From Azolla caroliniana (lineage: Eukaryota > Plantae > Polypodiophyta): a stretch of DNA of 41,130 bases. Location of the stretch: positions 1-41,130 of the forward strand of contig JBHGNT010000275.1 in the NCBI GenBank assembly GCA_043228905.1. Reading direction: 5' to 3'. Position numbers and translations under genes: made by a program. Positions 36,200 to 41,130 of this stretch are shown here, in pieces; position 1 is the stretch's first letter, and the number at the start of each line of letters is the position of its first letter. The notes under the pieces are model-generated. The model was not told the DNA's origin. It did not search any database and saw nothing but the letters and a program-made list of their open reading frames with translations.

Positions 36200-37563
36200 T
36201 TGAGTCCTTTTGGAAGTATCTAGGTTTCCCACTATAGAAACATGTGAGTTTTTCCTTGGACTTTGACATGGCATGAGACTTGTCTCAATTTTGTAGACTC
36301 CTATGTTTGCTTCTGCCGCTATCAGGGGTTCGTGCCATATTCTCTTCCGATTGAGACAGAACACCTTCTGTCGTTTCTCCTTGTCTTTTTGTTTGGGATA
36401 CTTGTCTTTACCTTTTGTAAAGACAGATTTTCTTCTTGGCACGAAGCACTAAGGAACACCACCAAGTTCTCCCAACTGTCTGATAGGGTACATAGTAATA
36501 GTAATAGTAGGGCCTGTAGGGCAATCATCTAATAGAAACTTTGCAGATGCAAGTTGGTTTACTAATCCCATGAAAGTGTTGATGAGCACTACAATGCTTT
36601 CACCATCTCTATACTTTAGTCTCACTATCTTTCTCATCACAGAAGCTTTGTTGAGGGTGTTTTTCCTTTCATACAAGCTAGAGAGCTTGTGCCACAAGTC
36701 GTAGGTGTTTGTGTCATTAGCCACATGCTGAAGGACACTCACATCTACACATTGTCTGATGGTAGCCACTGCCTTCCTATTCAAGATTTTCCATTCAGAC
36801 TCTAGCACCCCTCTAGGTATCTCTTTCATGTCTATAGGCTCGTATAGGTCTCTGACTATCAAAAGATCCTCCATCTTGATCTATCATTCTTGGAAAACCA
36901 CTCACACCTCCTTCCATCTAGCACCTCAAGCTCTGATACCAGTTTGTTAGATATTAGGACCATAGATGAATGAGAAAGATAGACTGAAAAGTAACACAAA
37001 CAGAAACTTAAAGTACACAATACACAAGATTTACATGGAAACCCTAAAACAAGGAAAAAACCACGGGGCAATAGATTTCACTATGAGACAGGTTTACACA
37101 GATAGGTTACAAAGCTTTTCAAGAAGGAAAAACACAAATTACAAAAATTATAATCCCTTCTTAGGGTTTGGGCAAGTTCACTAAACTCTACCTTCCCTCA
37201 ACCTCACAACCTATAGCTTCTCATCTGCTCTATGTATCCCTTGCCTCACTTAATACTATTGCTACAACTCAATAATCGTCTTGCCCTAGCTCCATGTGTG
37301 TGTGTGAATAAGATATTATTATAATATAATAATAACAATTAATCGGTCGTCTTGTTTACTTGATTGTCTGACGCATGACCCACAAGTCTACAATCTAATC
37401 AATCCGACTAGTCGTCTCTATCTTCGACCTCTTCTCAAGTCGGTTAGCTAGTTGGTCTGACTCTCAATTCAATCAACTCCCAAGTCGACTCGTTGGTCGA
37501 TCCGAACAACCAACCAGAATTCAGTTGCCGACTTCTCCCATTGGGAGAGACAAAATCCTAACA
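36200..37563 (-). mobile_element. Tnt1/Tork-like copia remnant F: 5' LTR, PBS and gag
   Basis: LTR 36945-37563 (TGTTAG...CTAACA); PBS TGGTATCAGAGC at 36941-36930; gag MEDLL..EWKILNRKAVATIRQ through a degenerate knuckle KLTCFYSGKPRYFQKD, then truncated. Confidence 0.88.
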
Positions 37564-38215
37564 AAAATCTCTCTTACTCTTTATAAAGTATCACGCTCTT
37601 GATGCAATGTGTTACTTTCAACCTTATTCCAATTAGCTTTCTACACCAATCCTTGCACAAAGGCCTCTTAATTTAAATTTTTGGTCCCATAGGTCATATT
37701 TGACCTTCACAGAGAACAATAATCTCTCTCTTTTTCTTACATAGACTCCAATACAAGATAAAAAATATAGAGTTCATCAATATTTCAACCGTTCTAGTAC
37801 TATATATATTGTGAGCACTTCCAAAAAATGGTGCTTCTATTTTTGGAAAAGAAGAAAGTGAAAAAAAGAAAATGTGACTTAACCATCATTCTATGATCCC
37901 TCATTCTCAAGCCTAGATGATTACTTACAATTTGATTCAAGGAGAATCTTTTTACGCAAAGCTTTTAAGATTCATCACCATAGATCATAGTACTAGGCTC
38001 TATAATTTTTCATGAATTGTTATTTTAGCGACTTGTTTTATGTTTTCACTTACTATATCACACATAGAAGGTTGAGCTCATATGTGTATGCCTTATTCAC
38101 ACATCGAGACTTGGTGCTTCGAAGTATGAATATCCTTTCTTAGGAAGGAGGCACACATCAAGAAAACTTTTGTATTGGGTTCCATGGGTCTATTCACATC
38201 TCTATGGATGCTAAA

Positions 38216-38955
38216 AATATCTATCTACCTAAAGTTGTTGATCACTTATCAAATAGGGTGTTAATTAACAATCGGCAATGGTTTGGTTTGGTTCGAGAGT
38301 ATCCAAATCGAACCATTTAAAATTTTTGAAACTTGAACGAACCATGAAACCGGGAAGTAAAAATCCAAACCGTTAAACCATAGAACTGCTAAAACCACGG
38401 TTTCGGTTTTTAATGTAGATCAAAATTCAAGTTTTTAATATCTATCTACCTAAAGGTGTTGATCAATTATCAAATAGGGTGTTAATTAACAATCGACAAT
38501 GGTTCGAGAGTGTCCAAACTGAACCATTTAAAAATTTTGAAACTTGAACCGAACCATAAAACCGGGAAGTAAAAATCCAAACCGTTAAACCATTAAATTG
38601 CTAAAATTGCGGTTTCGTGGTTCAATTTCGATTTTTAATTTAGATCAAAATTCAAGTTTTAAATATCTATCTACCTAAAGTTGTTGATCAATTGTCAAAT
38701 AGGGTGTTAATTAACAATCGGCCACGGTTCAGTTCAATTCGAGAGTGTCTAAACCGAACCATGAAATTGGGAAGTAAAAATCCAAACCGTTTAAACTGCT
38801 AAAACCGCGGTTTTGTGGTTCGATTTTGGTTTTTAATTTAGATCAAAATTCAAGTTACCATCAAACCGGGAAGTAAAAATCAAACCATTAAACTGCTAAA
38901 ACCACGGTTTCATGATTCAATTTTGGTTTTTAATTTAGATCAAAATTCAAGTTTT
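38216..38955 (+). repeat. Tandem array, about 221-225 bp unit, 3 copies plus a partial copy
   Basis: AATATCTATCTACCTAAAG starts at 38216, 38437 and 38662; partial unit from about 38857. Confidence 0.92.
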
Positions 38956-39384
38956 AAATTTTGTATTATTTTAAATTTTAATTTTTCAAACTTTTAAAGA
39001 TTTTTCCTAAAATGTGAGGCTTAAAAATGAAAAGGTTGTTTTAAAATATAATTTATTATTATTTTTTTTAAATTTAAAAACCATCAAACCGCATATTCAA
39101 ACAATTCACCCCCAAACCGAACCGCACCATTAAAAGAAGGGAAAAGTATCAGGATACCCTTGGAAGTTCCAAACTTACCAAACTACCCTTATGTCCAAAA
39201 AATTACACTTTATAAAGTAATTATACACTCAATGGCATTCTGGTAAATAGACGAACTTCCAAGGGTATACTGGTACTTTTCCCTTAAAAGAAACTCGAAC
39301 CTGAACCAAACCAAACCAAACCAAACCGTTAAGCCAAGGTTTCATGGTTCAGTTTAGTTCATACCGAACCGTTGCTGATTGTTA
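38266..39384. mobile_element. hAT-type non-autonomous DNA transposon (MITE)
   Basis: TIRs TAACAATCGGCAATGGTT and AACCGTTGCTGATTGTTA; 8-bp TSD GTGTTAAT (38258-38265 and 39385-39392); AAACCG/GAACC subterminal repeats. Confidence 0.85.
39139..39283. mobile_element. Mutator-type MITE (145 bp) nested in the hAT element
   Basis: 31-bp TIRs GGGAAAAGTA...GGAAGTTC with 2 mismatches; 9-bp TSD TTAAAAGAA (39130-39138 and 39284-39292). Confidence 0.92.
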
Positions 39385-40089
39385 GTGTTAATAGGTGTGA
39401 AGATCTTTACTAATAAGCAAATGCAGTACATTAGGATATATGACCGACAAGGTTTTGCAATGTTGATGCCTACGATACAAAGTGGTCAGCAAAAACTTCA
39501 CATTGGGCCCTTCCTTACAAATGGGAGTAATCTTCTTGTTCTTTCCCTTTCCATATGTGCTCCACAATAGAATATATAAATTAATAATCTATATTCTAAA
39601 TCAAAGCAAACACTTACATCTCTTCCTTGCTTGACTGGAAATACATATTTAGCACAATAGAGCTTGACAGAGAGCAAACCAAAATCGATTCTCAGTGGGT
39701 TGACCTGTGAGTTTTCATGTGTTTCTTTGTTGGTTTATGTACACATTTGATCTCTGTAAAAGTCTTTGTTAAATTTAATCCGAAGAGAGTGATGGAACAT
39801 ATTATTGCCTAGTATATACACACATGAATTAGAGATTTGTGAAGCTCGATGGAAATAAACATATGCAAAGTATAAATGCATTATTCAGGGAGTTGTATAA
39901 TCTTAAATTTTAATGATATTATGGTACAATATAGTATGGGTGAAGATACATATACCAACATGGAAGAGGTTTACAGGGACATTATCAAAACAGGCACTCC
40001 TACCCAAAGGCCAGTATTTACACAGAATGCTTCGACAAGCAAGCCCTTGCCAATATAACCTAGAATAATCTTTCTTTAGTAAAGAAATG

Positions 40090-40824
40090 TCATTCTTCCT
40101 CTCCTTGAAACCAATTTACAAGAAGAACTAATGTGTTCCCGAGAATTGCACCAAACAAATACCAAATGATTGCTGTTAATACAATGTGCATCTCCATGCT
40201 TTGCATCCATTCACTTGGAACTGGTCCAATACCAATTTCAGTGTCCGATAGGGCAGCTGCTCCAGATGTGTGATCAGTGACTCCCACATACCACGCAGCA
40301 ACCCCAGACATCAACACTGGCATGCCCGACATTAAGTCCTGAGCCCAGCTGCCAACATCAGCAGTCCACACTAATTTCGTGCTGATTCTCTGTACTGATC
40401 CGTCTGCTGCATCATCGGTACTAATATTGCTACTGCTACTGCTACTACCACCACCACTTACATAGCTCGTACTCCCAGTTACAGTGACTGGCACTGGCAC
40501 TGGCACCCAATACTCCTCATCGTTTTCCGTTTCATGTGGAAATGCGGCACCTGATCTGGTTGACCAAAATCTCTTGGAAGCATCAAATATATATCGCAAG
40601 TTATGCTCGAATGTAGAATTGTTATGGCCACGACCTTCGGATCCAGGTGTTCTATAGAAGCTGCCAGGCACGATTGCACCTGCATGTGCTTTGCGGCGCA
40701 AGACTGAAGTCATTTCCTCCTCATTGGCCGACTTTCCGATGATATAATTATACCACCATCGACCAGCTCGAGTTTGAATTTCATCCATGGCAGCAACACG
40801 GGCATTCCTTTGAGCCGGTGTCTC
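40090..40824 (-). CDS. Terminal coding exon of a host gene, unknown protein with C-terminal hydrophobic segment
   Basis: 244 open codons, more GC-rich than the flanks; acceptor TATTCTCCAG|GAG at 40825/40824; ends HIVLTAIIWYLFGAILGNTLVLLVNWFQGEEE*. Confidence 0.7.
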   Translation of the reverse strand, partial: ETPAQRNARVAAMDEIQTRAGRWWYNYIIGKSANEEEMTSVLRRKAHAGAIVPGSFYRTPGSEGRGHNNSTFEHNLRYIFDASKRFWSTRSGAAFPHETENDEEYWVPVPVPVTVTGSTSYVSGGGSSSSSSNISTDDAADGSVQRISTKLVWTADVGSWAQDLMSGMPVLMSGVAAWYVGVTDHTSGAAALSDTEIGIGPVPSEWMQSMEMHIVLTAIIWYLFGAILGNTLVLLVNWFQGEEE

Positions 40825-41000
40825 CTGGAGAATATAGCACACGTGTATATCAGTGACCAGAATGAATGCATAACGGTGAACAAACTGTAGATATGCCAAG
40901 AAGAGAGGTGACAAAGATACATCAAGATGAATCAGAGACTCCGAACAAACAGGGTGAAGAAGTAATCTTTTGAAACGAACAATTGGTAAAGAGGACCTAC

Positions 41001-41130
41001 TGTAATGTTGGATGATGTGAACTTTCTCTCTAAGTCCTTGTGTTTCAGCTTTTCCAACAGCCTCTCGGCCTCCTTGAAGACATCAGCACTCCTCACTCCA
41101 CCACTGCTGTGAGTACTCTGCGACACCCGC
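41001..41130 (-). CDS. Upstream coding exon of the same gene (runs off the window)
   Basis: Open frame; donor ACA|GTAGGT at 41001/41000. A 176-bp intron (40825-41000) joins in phase 0 (...SSNIT|ETPAQR...). Confidence 0.62.

Noticed and set aside
38216-38955. CRISPR-like repeat-spacer array
   Set aside because: Whole units repeat with no unique spacers; eukaryotic context; explained by the MITE junction amplification.
41095-41115. THSSGG as a lipase nucleophile elbow (GxSxG)
   Set aside because: No preceding hydrophobic strand is visible and no other lipase motifs; the window ends too soon to judge.

Overview
Plant-type eukaryotic genomic DNA. The element lineages suggest a non-seed land plant, but that is inference. 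Positions 1-33000 are a nested cluster of LTR retrotransposons. It holds three related Ty1/copia elements with a long 3' extension (A, B, C), two Tnt1/Tork-like copia elements (D full-length with a GATAT TSD; E 5'-deleted), two related non-chromovirus Ty3/gypsy elements primed by tRNA-Trp (G1 full-length and nearly intact; G2 old and disrupted), and a chromovirus-type integrase fragment. After 33000 the sequence is AT-rich. It contains a tRNA-like insert, a further Tork-like copia remnant, a hAT-type MITE whose left junction is tandemly amplified and which carries a nested Mutator-type MITE, and the 3' end of a spliced host gene of unknown function on the minus strand. Top finding: both gypsy elements end gag-protease with G GAU UUU UAG, followed 6-8 nt later by a predicted H-type pseudoknot whose stem 1 covaries between the two elements, with pol open in the -1 frame. 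This looks like a conserved -1 ribosomal frameshift cassette between protease and RT. Second finding: the A/B/C copia family carries a duplicated PPT, an in-frame basic Pol tail running into the LTR, and a conserved hairpin that loops out the PPT/LTR junction. All alignments and counts were done by eye.
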